Source of the DNA: an uncultured Armatimonadetes bacterium
GTDB taxonomy: Bacteria; Armatimonadota; Fimbriimonadia; Fimbriimonadales; Fimbriimonadaceae
NCBI GenBank assembly: GCA_903927025.1
Contig: CAIYLG010000018.1
Span: 55,105 to 119,104, forward strand
Direction of reading: 5' to 3'
DNA length: 64,000 nt
Position 1 is the first letter of the stretch; each line of letters opens with the position of its first letter. Of the stretch, positions 35,897 to 45,939 are shown piece by piece. The notes beneath the pieces were generated by a model. The model was not told where the DNA came from, did no database searches, and saw only the letters and a program-made list of their open reading frames with translations. Position numbers and translations under genes: made by a program.

Positions 35897-38692
35897 ATGC
35901 GTGCGTTCCTTGATCTAGATCCAGAAGGCTATGGCCTATCCGAAGCCCTCGGCAGAGATGTCGTGCTATTGGACAAGCAACTTGGGAAGGTGCTGAACTC
36001 CCAGGAGGACGCGCGCCTGATTGACCTGGCCCGGCACTTGATGTCTGGGGACCCAGGAACGCCTGCAGAGCTCTTTGACAGGTACCCAGAACTCAAGGAC
36101 CCGGCGGCGATCCGACAGCTTGCCCGCGCCTTCACCGTCCTGTTTCAACTTATCAATACGGCAGAGCAGAAGGAGATCGTCCGAGTCAACCGCGGCAGAG
36201 GCGGTACCCGGCGCGAATCCATCCGAGATGCGGTGGTTCAGCTGAAGGCATCAAAGCTCTCAGCAGAGGACGTCCAGTCACTGCTCAATCGGATTGAAAT
36301 CACTCCGACGATTACCGCCCACCCCACAGAGGCAAAGCGCAAAGCGGTGCTGGACAAGCTTCAGAGTATCGCCCTACTGCTTGCCGAGCGAGAAACCGCT
36401 CCCTCTCTCACTGGCCCACTCGATACCAAGGATCTGGCCATCGATGAAATCGGCCGAACCCTTACCGAGCTTTGGCAGACTGACGAAATGCGCATCCGAA
36501 GCCTAACCGTTTCGGAAGAAGTGCGCAACGCCCTCTACTTCTTCGAGAGAACGATTATGGAGGTGGTGCCCTGGCTCCACGCCGACCTCGAGGAGGCGCT
36601 CGCCGAGTCGTATCCCGATCACACGTTCGAAATCCCGACAATCCTCAGCTACCGTTCTTGGGTAGGTGGAGACAGGGACGGAAACCCAAATGTCACGCCA
36701 GAAGAGACCTGGAAAGCACTTCTTGAGCATCGAATTCTCGCGCTTGAGGTGTATCTGGATCGCACCGCTGTTCTCCGAAAGGAGCTTACGCAGAGTACAA
36801 AGCTCGTTGGCGTCAGCACTGAGCTTCTAGATTCGGTGGAGCAAGATCAACAGGAGCTGTCCTACCGGCAGCGCGATCTTCAGCGCTACTCTCAGGAGCC
36901 CTATGTGATGAAGCTTCTCGGCGTGGAAGAGCGGCTTCGGCAATCCCTCGCGAAAGCTCAGGCGATGAGTGCAAAGGAAGATGCGCCCTCCCTTCCTCAT
37001 GCCTATCCAAACGCTGGTGAGCTTCTATCTGACCTCCGCATGGTGCGCCGAAGCCTTGCCGCCAATTGCGCCCCCGACGTAGCCCACTCTGGCCGATTGC
37101 CCCACCTGATTCGTCAGGTTGAGGCGTTTGGTTTCCATCTTGCAACACTGGACGTACGCCAGCACAGTGAAGAGCACGCCAAGGCGCTCGACGAAATCCT
37201 CGGTGCGGCTGGCGTTTTGCCGAAGGGCCGATCCTACCGAGATCTTGACGAGGATGAGAAGATCGCGCTCCTTAGCCGAGAGCTAGAGAACCCGCGACCC
37301 CTGTTGCCGGTTGGGTTCAAGGGCTCCGCCTCCTGCCGCAACGTTCTGGACGTGTTCTACGTGATCCGCCGCGCCAGAACAGAGCTTTCTGAACTAACGA
37401 TCAGCGCCTACGTCATCTCGATGACACACGGCATCAGCGACGTGCTGGAAGTTCTCCTCCTCTGCAAGGAAGCTGGGTTGCTTCGGGTAACTGCAGATGG
37501 CATGGAGAGCGACTTGGACGTTGTCCCGCTTTTCGAGACCATTCAGGACCTCAACAGCTGCGGTGAACTGATGTTCACCCTCATCCAAAATCCGCAGTAT
37601 CGCAATCACCTGAAGGCAAGGCACGACCTCCAAGAGGTCATGTTGGGCTACAGCGACTCCAGCAAAGACGGAGGGTTCCTGGCTGCCAACTGGGCGCTTC
37701 AGAGCACCCTATCGAATCTTGCCGCGACCAGCAAGCGCACAGGCATCCCGATGCGGCTGTTTCATGGCCGTGGTGGGACCGTCGGTCGCGGAGGCGGACG
37801 TGCGAATAAAGCCATCCTTTCGCAGCCAGCAGGCTCCTTTATGGGCCGAATTAGATTTACCGAGCAGGGCGAAGTCGTCTCCTTCCGATACTCGCTTCCC
37901 CCTATCGCCCACCGCCATCTTGAGCAGATTGTCAACGCGGTGCTCCTCGCCGCAAGCGGCATTGGTGTTCCCGATGCCGAAGCCCGCTACGGCGAGGTGA
38001 TGGCAGAGCTAGAAGAGGAATCGCGAGCGGCCTATAGAAGCCTTGTTTACGATGACCCAGAATTCTGGGCGTTCTACACACAGGCGACTCCAATCGAGCA
38101 CATCAGCCTTCTTCCAATCGCTTCACGACCTGTGTATCGGCCCGGAAATGCACTTGCCGGGATTGAAGGGCTTCGAGCGATTCCATGGAATTTCGCATGG
38201 GTGCAGAGCCGAACCACGCTCGTCGGCTGGTATGGCATTGGCACCGCACTTGAAAAGTACGTGGGAACCGATGCCGATCGACTTGCCACCCTGCAGACGA
38301 TGTACCGCAACTGGCCGTTCTTCCAAACGATTATCGATAATGCCCAGCTTGAATTGACCCGCTCCCATCTTCCGACCGCCCAAATGTACGCGGCAAGGGT
38401 GCAGCCAAAGAGCCTTTCTGATCGAATTGAGAAGACGATCGAAGCGGAACTGGCAAGGTCCCGGGCAATGGTGCTCAAGATAACCGGTCAGACTGGGCTC
38501 ATGGAGAAAGCGCGAGTGGTGCGAAATACGGTGGAATTCCGTAACCCAGCCGTGATGCCACTCAGCATCCTCCAAGTGGCACTCATGGATCGCTGGCCCA
38601 GCCTTTCTGATGAAGAAAGGGCGGGAGTTTGGCGCGAGGCGATGCTGCAGACCATCGCCGGAATCGCCGCCGCGATGCAAAGTACCGGTTAA
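35897..38692 (+). CDS. ppc: Phosphoenolpyruvate carboxylase
   Basis: TAHPTE, WVGGDRDGNP, MLGYSDSSKDGG, FHGRGGTVGRGGG, LRAIPW and C-terminal MQSTG. Confidence 0.97.
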   Translation: MRAFLDLDPEGYGLSEALGRDVVLLDKQLGKVLNSQEDARLIDLARHLMSGDPGTPAELFDRYPELKDPAAIRQLARAFTVLFQLINTAEQKEIVRVNRGRGGTRRESIRDAVVQLKASKLSAEDVQSLLNRIEITPTITAHPTEAKRKAVLDKLQSIALLLAERETAPSLTGPLDTKDLAIDEIGRTLTELWQTDEMRIRSLTVSEEVRNALYFFERTIMEVVPWLHADLEEALAESYPDHTFEIPTILSYRSWVGGDRDGNPNVTPEETWKALLEHRILALEVYLDRTAVLRKELTQSTKLVGVSTELLDSVEQDQQELSYRQRDLQRYSQEPYVMKLLGVEERLRQSLAKAQAMSAKEDAPSLPHAYPNAGELLSDLRMVRRSLAANCAPDVAHSGRLPHLIRQVEAFGFHLATLDVRQHSEEHAKALDEILGAAGVLPKGRSYRDLDEDEKIALLSRELENPRPLLPVGFKGSASCRNVLDVFYVIRRARTELSELTISAYVISMTHGISDVLEVLLLCKEAGLLRVTADGMESDLDVVPLFETIQDLNSCGELMFTLIQNPQYRNHLKARHDLQEVMLGYSDSSKDGGFLAANWALQSTLSNLAATSKRTGIPMRLFHGRGGTVGRGGGRANKAILSQPAGSFMGRIRFTEQGEVVSFRYSLPPIAHRHLEQIVNAVLLAASGIGVPDAEARYGEVMAELEEESRAAYRSLVYDDPEFWAFYTQATPIEHISLLPIASRPVYRPGNALAGIEGLRAIPWNFAWVQSRTTLVGWYGIGTALEKYVGTDADRLATLQTMYRNWPFFQTIIDNAQLELTRSHLPTAQMYAARVQPKSLSDRIEKTIEAELARSRAMVLKITGQTGLMEKARVVRNTVEFRNPAVMPLSILQVALMDRWPSLSDEERAGVWREAMLQTIAGIAAAMQSTG

Positions 38693-38753
38693 AACTCCGT
38701 ATGCAAGTGACATCCGTGCTCAATCAGGGGGGCAGAGATGATAATATGCGCCC

Positions 38754-39782
38754 ATGCGTGTTGGGTATGCACTTCTAGTTATTTCGTTGGCTGGCCTCTG
38801 TGGGGCTGCGGCAATTCCTGCCAAACAGGATGAGCCAAAGGCGGTGGATATGTTCCGAAACATCACCGTCATGAAAGAGGACAAGGCCAAGGACATCATC
38901 CCCTCGATGCAGTTCATGTGCGCTTCACTCAAAGTGGACTGTGAGTTCTGTCACACCGGAGACCGCTCCAGTGATGAGAAGAAGGCCAAAGTTACCACCC
39001 GTGAAATGATCGTGATGCAGCGTGAGATCAACGCAAAGAACTTCAACGGTCGCAACCAGGTCACTTGCGCAACCTGTCACGGAGGCCGCGTTCGCCCCGT
39101 AAACCTTCCGCCCGTCGAGGGTGTCGAGGTTCGGGCACGCCGAAGCCCCGATGTGAAGCCAGATGCAGTACTTGCCGCATACGGCAAGGCCGTTGGTGCA
39201 GATCCTGCCCATCCAATTGTCGCGATCACGTACAAGGGGACGTCTGGAGCGGCAAAGACCCCAGTCGAGACCGTTTACTCCGGGACGAAGTTTGTCGTAA
39301 CCACCAAGGTAGGCACCGGCGAAATGAAGCAGGGCTTCAACGGCTCCTCCGCTTGGTTCACCAGGGAGAAGGGCATCCAACACATTCCGATGCAGTTTGC
39401 GGCGTCCTTCATCAACCAGAAGCAGATCTTCCTGGGTCCAGACACCTTGCCGAAGCTGACCAATCTCGGTGGAGCAACCGCCAAGGTGAACGGAAAGGAC
39501 ATGCTGGTAGTGAACGGCACCCTTGCTGATGCATCCCGAGCAAGCCTCTACTTTGATAAGGAGACCGGACTGCTGAGCCGCGTGACGATGAGCTACCCAA
39601 CCGTACTCGGCAACATCGCGCAGATCAACGACTACTCCGACTACAAGAAGGTCAAGGGTGTGATGCTGCCGATGACGATCGCCAACCACTCCTCCGAGGG
39701 CAATGATCTCTTCCACTATCGATCCGTCAAGATCGAAGAGAAGATCGCCCCGACGGCATTCGATCCTCCTGCCAGTAAGTAA
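38754..39782 (+). CDS. Secreted diheme c-type cytochrome (PufC/RC-cytochrome-like N-domain) fused to a LolA-like beta domain
   Basis: Signal peptide; CEFCH and CATCH; Met-containing helices SMQFM and REMIVM precede the hemes. TAATAT lies 6 nt before the ATG. Confidence 0.8.
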   Translation: MRVGYALLVISLAGLCGAAAIPAKQDEPKAVDMFRNITVMKEDKAKDIIPSMQFMCASLKVDCEFCHTGDRSSDEKKAKVTTREMIVMQREINAKNFNGRNQVTCATCHGGRVRPVNLPPVEGVEVRARRSPDVKPDAVLAAYGKAVGADPAHPIVAITYKGTSGAAKTPVETVYSGTKFVVTTKVGTGEMKQGFNGSSAWFTREKGIQHIPMQFAASFINQKQIFLGPDTLPKLTNLGGATAKVNGKDMLVVNGTLADASRASLYFDKETGLLSRVTMSYPTVLGNIAQINDYSDYKKVKGVMLPMTIANHSSEGNDLFHYRSVKIEEKIAPTAFDPPASK

Positions 39783-39795
39783 GGCGAGAACGACG

Positions 39796-39829
39796 GCCCG
39801 GAGAGGCTTCAACCTCTTCGGGCTTTTTT
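39796..39829 (+). terminator. Intrinsic terminator
   Basis: GCCCGGAGAGG-CTTCAA-CCTCTTCGGGC followed by TTTTTT. Confidence 0.88.
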
Positions 39830-39839
39830 GTGCCTGGCA

Positions 39840-40436
39840 CTACTCCACGAGGATCCCAAAGCATCGGGCGAAGTGCACCGCCTGCTTGAGATCGATATGG
39901 GCTCCCTTGAGATCCGCCGTTTTCAGGTCGACCTGTTCGAGGCTCGCGCCGAGCAGGTTGACCTTGCGAAGCTTTGCGTTCTGCACGGAAGCGCCATCCA
40001 AAATGCACCTTCGAAGATCCGCCCCATCCAACGTCGCTCCGGCAAAGTCAGCACCCTTGAACCGAATATCGGCCAACTGGAGACCTTTCAGCAACTGAAA
40101 GCGAAGGTTCACAAACGACCAATCCCCCGACTTCACGTCGATGCCGGTGAGGTTGCATCCTTCAAACGAGGATCCGATCATCCGACAGTTTTCGAACTCG
40201 GATGCAAACAGGTCCGCGTTCTCAAAGGTGCAGTTCAGAAACGCACTCGATTTATGGGCAGAGGAACCTAGCCGGGCACCGGTGAAATCACAGTCCTCAA
40301 ACTCGCAGGATTTGGTTCGCAGTTCCACCAATGTGGCCCCGCGAAAATCGCAACCGACAAAACGGCACTGTTCCCATGGCACATCCAAACTCCAATTGGA
40401 GTCTGCCGTACACGCCTCGAATGTTTGCTCCTGCAC
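39840..40436 (-). CDS. Pentapeptide repeat protein
   Basis: Continuous [A/C][D/N][F/L]xx repeats (CDFRG, CDFTG, ADFAG, ADLRR). TAACCT lies 6 nt before the GTG. Confidence 0.93.
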   Translation of the reverse strand: MQEQTFEACTADSNWSLDVPWEQCRFVGCDFRGATLVELRTKSCEFEDCDFTGARLGSSAHKSSAFLNCTFENADLFASEFENCRMIGSSFEGCNLTGIDVKSGDWSFVNLRFQLLKGLQLADIRFKGADFAGATLDGADLRRCILDGASVQNAKLRKVNLLGASLEQVDLKTADLKGAHIDLKQAVHFARCFGILVE

Positions 40437-40465
40437 TGCAGAAGGTTACTCTTAGGCCCGGGCTG

Positions 40466-41176
40466 CTAGTGGATCTGGTGAAGATGCGACTCGGCGATTT
40501 GTCGAATCTTCTCTGCTGAAGAACGCAGTTCCTTGAGTGTTGATGCCTCTTCTGGCGCTGGGTTTGAGACAGGTTGCCTTAGGTCCAGCTTTCCCATAAT
40601 ACGATCCACCTGGAAGTTGTCGTCCAGGCCGAGGACGTGACCAAGTTCGTGCTCAATCTCCTGTCGGACCGGATCAAAGGGAAGGCTTGTCCGGTCCAGC
40701 CACCTGGAACGCACGCTGATGTCCGCCCGATAGACGGCGGATTGAACCCGGGTCCCATCAGTGTGCAGCTTTCGGGACCAGGAGGTTAGGCCGGCGACAG
40801 CCTCTCTTCCCAGTCGGACATCCGGTCGAAACACAAATCTTAGATCAGCCAGATTCGGCTCATCGACCACATGAAATCGGACGTGACCATCCAGCGCTTG
40901 CGACCAAGCTTCGCAAGCCGCTTGGAGAGCCTCTCGACTGGTCTCCTCCTCTTCTCGTCTCAGGCGATCTCCTCGAATCGAGACGCCGAAGTCATGTGCA
41001 ATCAGCACGAGGCCAGCATGGGCGGATGCAAGGTCCCACAAACCTTGGTCAAGGAAATTTTGAGCTTGCGCCATATGGCGGACAACCTGCGGCAACAAAG
41101 GCACGTGATGCTGATTTCCCCCCGGATGGGAGGCTTGGAGCACAAACACTATGGAAGCGGAGGCAAGAGTAATCAA
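40466..41176 (-). CDS. Matrixin-like (metzincin) secreted metalloprotease
   Basis: HELGHVLGLDD zinc motif followed by a Met-turn-like RIMG; preceded by ACEAWS and ADLRFVF segments typical of M10-like proteases. Confidence 0.72.
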   Translation of the reverse strand: MITLASASIVFVLQASHPGGNQHHVPLLPQVVRHMAQAQNFLDQGLWDLASAHAGLVLIAHDFGVSIRGDRLRREEEETSREALQAACEAWSQALDGHVRFHVVDEPNLADLRFVFRPDVRLGREAVAGLTSWSRKLHTDGTRVQSAVYRADISVRSRWLDRTSLPFDPVRQEIEHELGHVLGLDDNFQVDRIMGKLDLRQPVSNPAPEEASTLKELRSSAEKIRQIAESHLHQIH

Positions 41177-41307
41177 TTTGGAAAAGCTGCCCAGGAGGGC
41201 TTAGAGCATCATTACGGTCAATTCACTTCGCCTGTTCGATTCCTGCGGTAAACATAAGATTCACATTTTCTAGCGATCGCTATGGATCGCTTCGGAGGAG
41301 AGCCGAA

Positions 41308-41952
41308 TTGAATTCTGAATCAACCCGCGATGACTCACCCGTAATTGTATTTGACCTAGGAGGAGTGATGGCGGAAATCAGCCACACATGGGAAGGGGCC
41401 GCCGCCTGTGCAGGAGTTTCCTGCAGCGAGCTGGGAGGCGGGTCGACTCGGCTGAACGCACTGCCCGAGTTCGATCAGTACCAAGGCGGCAAGATCAGCC
41501 TGCCTGACTACCTTCGAGCCCTTGCCGCGTTTGTGGGCTGTAAGCAAGAAGAGGCTCTAGCTGTGCACAACGGCATTCTTGTGGTCGAGTATCCCGGCAT
41601 CGCAGATTTGGTGAAGGAGATCCATCAGCGCAAGGTTCGCACCGGCTGTCTCTCCAATACGAACGAGCCCCATTGGGAGTGCCTCGCCCTAAACGGCGAC
41701 TACCCGTCAATTCATTCGCTGGACATGAAAATGGCCTCGCACCTAGTCGGCCTCAGCAAGCCCTCGCATGAGATCTATCAGGCTTACAGCACGGCGTTTG
41801 GGCTCGATCCAGAGTCAATCATCTTCTTTGATGACTACCAGGTAAACGTCAATGCGGCGGCCGAATGCGGCTGGAAGGCGCGGTGGATCGACTCTTCCGG
41901 CGATACACCAGCGCAGATGCGCGCGTATCTTAGCGAATTAGGGGTGATCTAG
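41308..41952 (+). CDS. HAD-superfamily phosphatase (YihX-like)
   Basis: VFDLGGV, CLSNTN, KP..EIY and FFDD motifs; GGAGGAG SD before the TTG. Confidence 0.9.
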   Translation: MNSESTRDDSPVIVFDLGGVMAEISHTWEGAAACAGVSCSELGGGSTRLNALPEFDQYQGGKISLPDYLRALAAFVGCKQEEALAVHNGILVVEYPGIADLVKEIHQRKVRTGCLSNTNEPHWECLALNGDYPSIHSLDMKMASHLVGLSKPSHEIYQAYSTAFGLDPESIIFFDDYQVNVNAAAECGWKARWIDSSGDTPAQMRAYLSELGVI

Positions 41953-42006
41953 GTGAACGCGATAGCGTAACATCGCTCAGGATTTTCGACAGAGAGGTTG
42001 TTATTG

Positions 42007-42990
42007 ATGGATAAGGTCAGAGTTGCGATGATTGGATGCGGTGGCTTTCAGCGCTACCGTCTTGGAAACCTTCAGCAGGTTGCGGAAGCAGAGGTAGTGG
42101 CGCTGTGCGACCCAACCCCGGAGCAGATTACGCTCACAAAAACGGCACACCCCAAGTTGGCCGATCTGCCTGAGTACAGCGATCACCTGAAGCTGCTGAA
42201 CGAAATTAAGCCGGATGCGATCATGATCGCCACCCCACACACTCAGCACGTGGATCAGATCATGGACGGCCTCGGCGCCGGCTGCCACGTTTGTTGCGAG
42301 AAGCCGCTTGTGACCACGGTGGCAGACGCCCACAAGATCATCAAAGAGCGGGACCGCGTCGGAAAGATTGGCATGGTCAGCTACCAGCGCCACTTCCAGC
42401 CTGAGTTCCGATACATCAAGGCGAAGATTGATTCCGGCGAAGCCGGAGCCGTGCAGTACATCACCGTTCTGCAGAGCCAAGAGTGGCTCCGCGCCACCAA
42501 GGGTACTTGGAGGCAGCTCGCTTCCCTCTCAGGCGGCGGTCAGTTGAACGACTCCGGAAGCCACGTGCTCGACATCATTCTCTGGTCCACCAGCCAGAGC
42601 GTGGACACTGTAGCCGCATTCATGGACAACAAGGGCACCGAGGTCGACATCAACTCGTCGCTCTCCCTGATGTTCAAGGGCGGAGCAATGGGCAGCATCG
42701 CGATCATCGGCGATGGCATGGGCTGGCATGAGGAAATCACCATTTGGTGCGACAACATGGCGTTCTTCGTCCGAGACGGCAAGCTGACGATCGTGGATCG
42801 AGCTCAGAACAAGCTTAAGGCTGAAAACCTCACCGGCGGAAGCACCCCGGACAAGAACTTCATCCACTCCATCCTTGGAAAAGTGGAATGCGAGTCCCCA
42901 TTCGAGTGCGGCCTCGAAGTCATCCGACTCACCGAAGCAGCCTGGACCTCCGGCTACAACGGCGGCGTGCCGACCAAAGTTACGGGCTAA
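42007..42990 (+). CDS. Gfo/Idh/MocA family oxidoreductase
   Basis: IGCGG Rossmann motif, IATPHTQH, CEKPL and GGGQLNDSGSHVLD. Confidence 0.93.
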   Translation: MDKVRVAMIGCGGFQRYRLGNLQQVAEAEVVALCDPTPEQITLTKTAHPKLADLPEYSDHLKLLNEIKPDAIMIATPHTQHVDQIMDGLGAGCHVCCEKPLVTTVADAHKIIKERDRVGKIGMVSYQRHFQPEFRYIKAKIDSGEAGAVQYITVLQSQEWLRATKGTWRQLASLSGGGQLNDSGSHVLDIILWSTSQSVDTVAAFMDNKGTEVDINSSLSLMFKGGAMGSIAIIGDGMGWHEEITIWCDNMAFFVRDGKLTIVDRAQNKLKAENLTGGSTPDKNFIHSILGKVECESPFECGLEVIRLTEAAWTSGYNGGVPTKVTG

Positions 42991-43001
42991 GCGACATCAC
43001 T

Positions 43002-43036
43002 CACGGGGATTGGCCCATTTGGGGCCATTCCCCGTG
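43002..43036. terminator. Hairpin between convergent genes (probable terminator)
   Basis: CACGGGGA-TTGGCCC-ATTT-GGGGCCA-TTCCCCGTG. Confidence 0.55.
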
Positions 43037-43141
43037 CTACAAGGGCACTGCTTCAAGTACCACCTGGCTGAAACGGTGCGGGTTTTAACGCGCTTGTGGC
43101 TTGGATTACAGTCGGGGTTTCGTCTCAGTAATCTCGAATCG

Positions 43142-44143
43142 CTACTTCACGCTCTTCCCTTGAAGAGCAGCCTCAAGATCCAAGATTGATGCGGGGCCCA
43201 TAAGCTTGCCGTGCGGGTCAATCAACAATGTCGTCGGATAACTTTCGATTCCCCAAGCGCGAATCGTCTTGCCAGTTTCATCGAAAAGGAGGGGGAAGGG
43301 TAACGGCTTGCCATGCCAATACTCCTTTTCGAACTTGACCAAGGACTCCTTGAGACTTGCGGAGCTCTTGCCGTCTGGGCTGTGAATCGCCAGAATCTCA
43401 AAGCTCTTGCGTTGCGTCTGGTGGGCGCGGTAGAAATCTGCAATCCCCTGTAACTCAACCACGCAAGGCTGACACCAGACTGCCCAAAAGTCGACTAAGA
43501 CCCACTTCCCTCGGAGCCGCCTCAAGTCGAATGAACCCACCATATTTGACGTGCTTGTTGGCTTGATCTCAGGTGCCAGCTTTCCAAGATGTTCTGCCCA
43601 AGAAGTCGGCCTCAACTGGATCGCTAATGTGGATGTGCTCCCGGTCTTTACAGTCATAAGGCGGCATTGCGGGTTGCTGACCATCACCTCAATCTTCCCT
43701 TGCGGAATCTGAAACGCCTGGGTGCCCCACGTGCCGACCGCGTACCCAAGCACGCCACCGGTGGATTCGAAGTCCAGCGAACACACCGAGTCCTTCACTT
43801 GGCCAGAGTGCTTCAGTTCAAGATTCAAACTCCGTGTAGGGTGGAGCTCAATTTTGACCACGGTATCTGCCTTATCAATGGCGGCGTAGCCAACGTTTCC
43901 ATCCTGATCTACAGCGACGACTCGTCGAGAGTAAAGCTCATTCTCGTCAATCTCAAATTTGCCATCCTGATCGGTGGCAAGTCCCGGCTTGCCATATCCA
44001 ATTTGGGATTTGGGGGCTTTCGCAGAGATCACCAGCGACGTTCCAACCCATGCATGAGCGGGCTTTCCATCTATACCAATGACCACGCCGTGAACCTGAT
44101 GAGACTCGAGGAGGCAGACAGCAGCACAGACGAGAGCGACCAT
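43142..44143 (-). CDS. Secreted TlpA-like thioredoxin-fold protein with N-terminal beta-sandwich domain
   Basis: LVDFWAVWCQPC...WGIESYPTTLLIDPHG; TAATG overlap with the upstream gene. Confidence 0.85.
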   Translation of the reverse strand: MVALVCAAVCLLESHQVHGVVIGIDGKPAHAWVGTSLVISAKAPKSQIGYGKPGLATDQDGKFEIDENELYSRRVVAVDQDGNVGYAAIDKADTVVKIELHPTRSLNLELKHSGQVKDSVCSLDFESTGGVLGYAVGTWGTQAFQIPQGKIEVMVSNPQCRLMTVKTGSTSTLAIQLRPTSWAEHLGKLAPEIKPTSTSNMVGSFDLRRLRGKWVLVDFWAVWCQPCVVELQGIADFYRAHQTQRKSFEILAIHSPDGKSSASLKESLVKFEKEYWHGKPLPFPLLFDETGKTIRAWGIESYPTTLLIDPHGKLMGPASILDLEAALQGKSVK

Positions 44144-45939
44144 TACTTTGAGCCCCCCTTCGATACATAGATGGGCATTCCTCGCTTCAAGACCCTAGTC
44201 GGTCGCAGCAATACTGCTCGATTTCGCAAGGGATCCTCTGGAAGGATCACCCAATCTGCTTCGTAACCTTCTCGGATTTCACCAACAGACCTCCAAGGGA
44301 AGATCGATTGGGGCGTATCTTTGCTGAGGGACGTCAGCACCTGAAGCGGAGTCTGTCCAAGCTGAAACCAGGCTTGAACCTCACCTGCGGTGGTTGAGCC
44401 GTATGAATCGGAGCCCACTATCGGCACCGCACCCGCTCGGCGCATCTCTCTAATATTCTCAGCCTGTAAGGTTTGAGTGTGCTTCAGATTCTTCTCCGCG
44501 TATCCGGCTGCCAACCCCGCCGTGAGTTGGACATAGTGACCTGAGGCGAGCTTGGCTAGTTCTGGTGTCAACTTGACGGTGTCCTCTGACCCTTCGTTGA
44601 ATCCGTAGCCAGGCATATGTGCCAAGCCATCGACTCCTGACTCAAGAGCAAGCTTATAATCCACCGCGGTATCGACGTGAGCGTAAACTCGAAGACCGGC
44701 TTTGTGGGCACGACCCACCACGAGCGGCAAAATGACGGGATCCAGCCCAAAGGATCCCATGAAACCATCCTTATTCTTATCTCGATTTGCGGTGTCCACC
44801 AAGAACACCTTGACGAGATCAGGATCACCGGCAAGGAACTTTGGCCAAGCCTTTTCAAGCTCCCTGGCTGTGTCAACAATCCAATAGGCGTCTCCATCTT
44901 GAGTGCGCCGACCCTTTAGGCGATCGGACCTCTGCTGCGGTGTTAGATCTTTTGGCAAGTTCGAGGCCAGAGACTCATAAGTAAAGGTGGGGTGGGCGTT
45001 CGTCGCTGTGAATCCAGCATCTGCAAACGCGACATCCATAGAGTCGGCCTGATTCACGACCTTGTTCGCCGCTGCTTTCATCGATAGGTGCTCCGTCATC
45101 GTTTGGGCAAAGAGGGTCCCTTCTGGGAGGTACTTGCCAACCATCAACTTGGAAAAGTAGTCACCTTCGAAGTGATGGGTATGGGCATCCCCGTAAGCCG
45201 GAGCAACAAATGCTCCCTTGAGATCCTCAACCTGCACTGCCACGGGAGGAGCATGGTGGGCGATTAGCCCGTCCACGACGTACCAGTCTTGTGAGACAAA
45301 TCGGTGGCCGTTGAAAAACTTTCCGTTGGTGAAGTGTTTCGGCGGAGCCGTCGCGGTGATGGAGATGTCTCCGTTATAGGTCTCCAAGTGAACAGGCGAC
45401 GTCGGCTCTGTGCTCAATAGGACGTCTGACTGGAGCTTTCCATTCCGAGTCGAAGCGAACAACTTCAGCGGCTTGCCCGACTGCGCTTGGTAGGCGATGC
45501 GGCCGTTGTACGTTTTTAGGAACGCAGCGCCCGAAACACCCTCAACCTTGATGTCTGAGTTATAGGTGTCAATCGAAAGAACAGCCTCATGCGGAACGGA
45601 AAGGGTGAGGTCCACCACAGGAGGAGAGTAGTTCTCATACCCGGTCTTGGGTGTCTCAGATTCCTTAAAGGCATCCATCTGGCGGAAGTAAAGATCCTTC
45701 CCGACACGTTCTATTTTCTCTACAGTTTCGGTTAGCTTGGAGGGCGAATCGGCACGAATCAGAGTCTTCACGTCTACCTGCCGTTCCTTTCCGTAGCGAA
45801 TAACGATTCGTCCGTTTGTCGCCTTAATTTTGACCTTGATGGGTCCCTGATCTACGGAAAGAGCTTGCTCAGACCTTGCTGCGTACGCGAAGCTTGGCCC
45901 CTTAGCTGGGAGGGTGAACATCCATAGAGCTAGGATCAA
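44143..45939 (-). CDS. Fusion of a DUF4097/adhesin-like beta-repeat domain and a metal-dependent amidohydrolase
   Basis: Repeats DTYNSDI/KTYNGRI/STRNGKL/ETYNGDI, then DAHTH, YAHVD, GLAHMP, GSDS and GYEADWVIL. TTG start at 45939 with GAGGTG SD overlaps the padR stop. Confidence 0.82.
   Translation of the reverse strand: MILALWMFTLPAKGPSFAYAARSEQALSVDQGPIKVKIKATNGRIVIRYGKERQVDVKTLIRADSPSKLTETVEKIERVGKDLYFRQMDAFKESETPKTGYENYSPPVVDLTLSVPHEAVLSIDTYNSDIKVEGVSGAAFLKTYNGRIAYQAQSGKPLKLFASTRNGKLQSDVLLSTEPTSPVHLETYNGDISITATAPPKHFTNGKFFNGHRFVSQDWYVVDGLIAHHAPPVAVQVEDLKGAFVAPAYGDAHTHHFEGDYFSKLMVGKYLPEGTLFAQTMTEHLSMKAAANKVVNQADSMDVAFADAGFTATNAHPTFTYESLASNLPKDLTPQQRSDRLKGRRTQDGDAYWIVDTARELEKAWPKFLAGDPDLVKVFLVDTANRDKNKDGFMGSFGLDPVILPLVVGRAHKAGLRVYAHVDTAVDYKLALESGVDGLAHMPGYGFNEGSEDTVKLTPELAKLASGHYVQLTAGLAAGYAEKNLKHTQTLQAENIREMRRAGAVPIVGSDSYGSTTAGEVQAWFQLGQTPLQVLTSLSKDTPQSIFPWRSVGEIREGYEADWVILPEDPLRNRAVLLRPTRVLKRGMPIYVSKGGSK

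Noticed and set aside
38754-39782. Evidence of phototrophy
   Set aside because: Only two hemes, a non-PufC C-terminal domain, and no pufLM/bch genes in the window.
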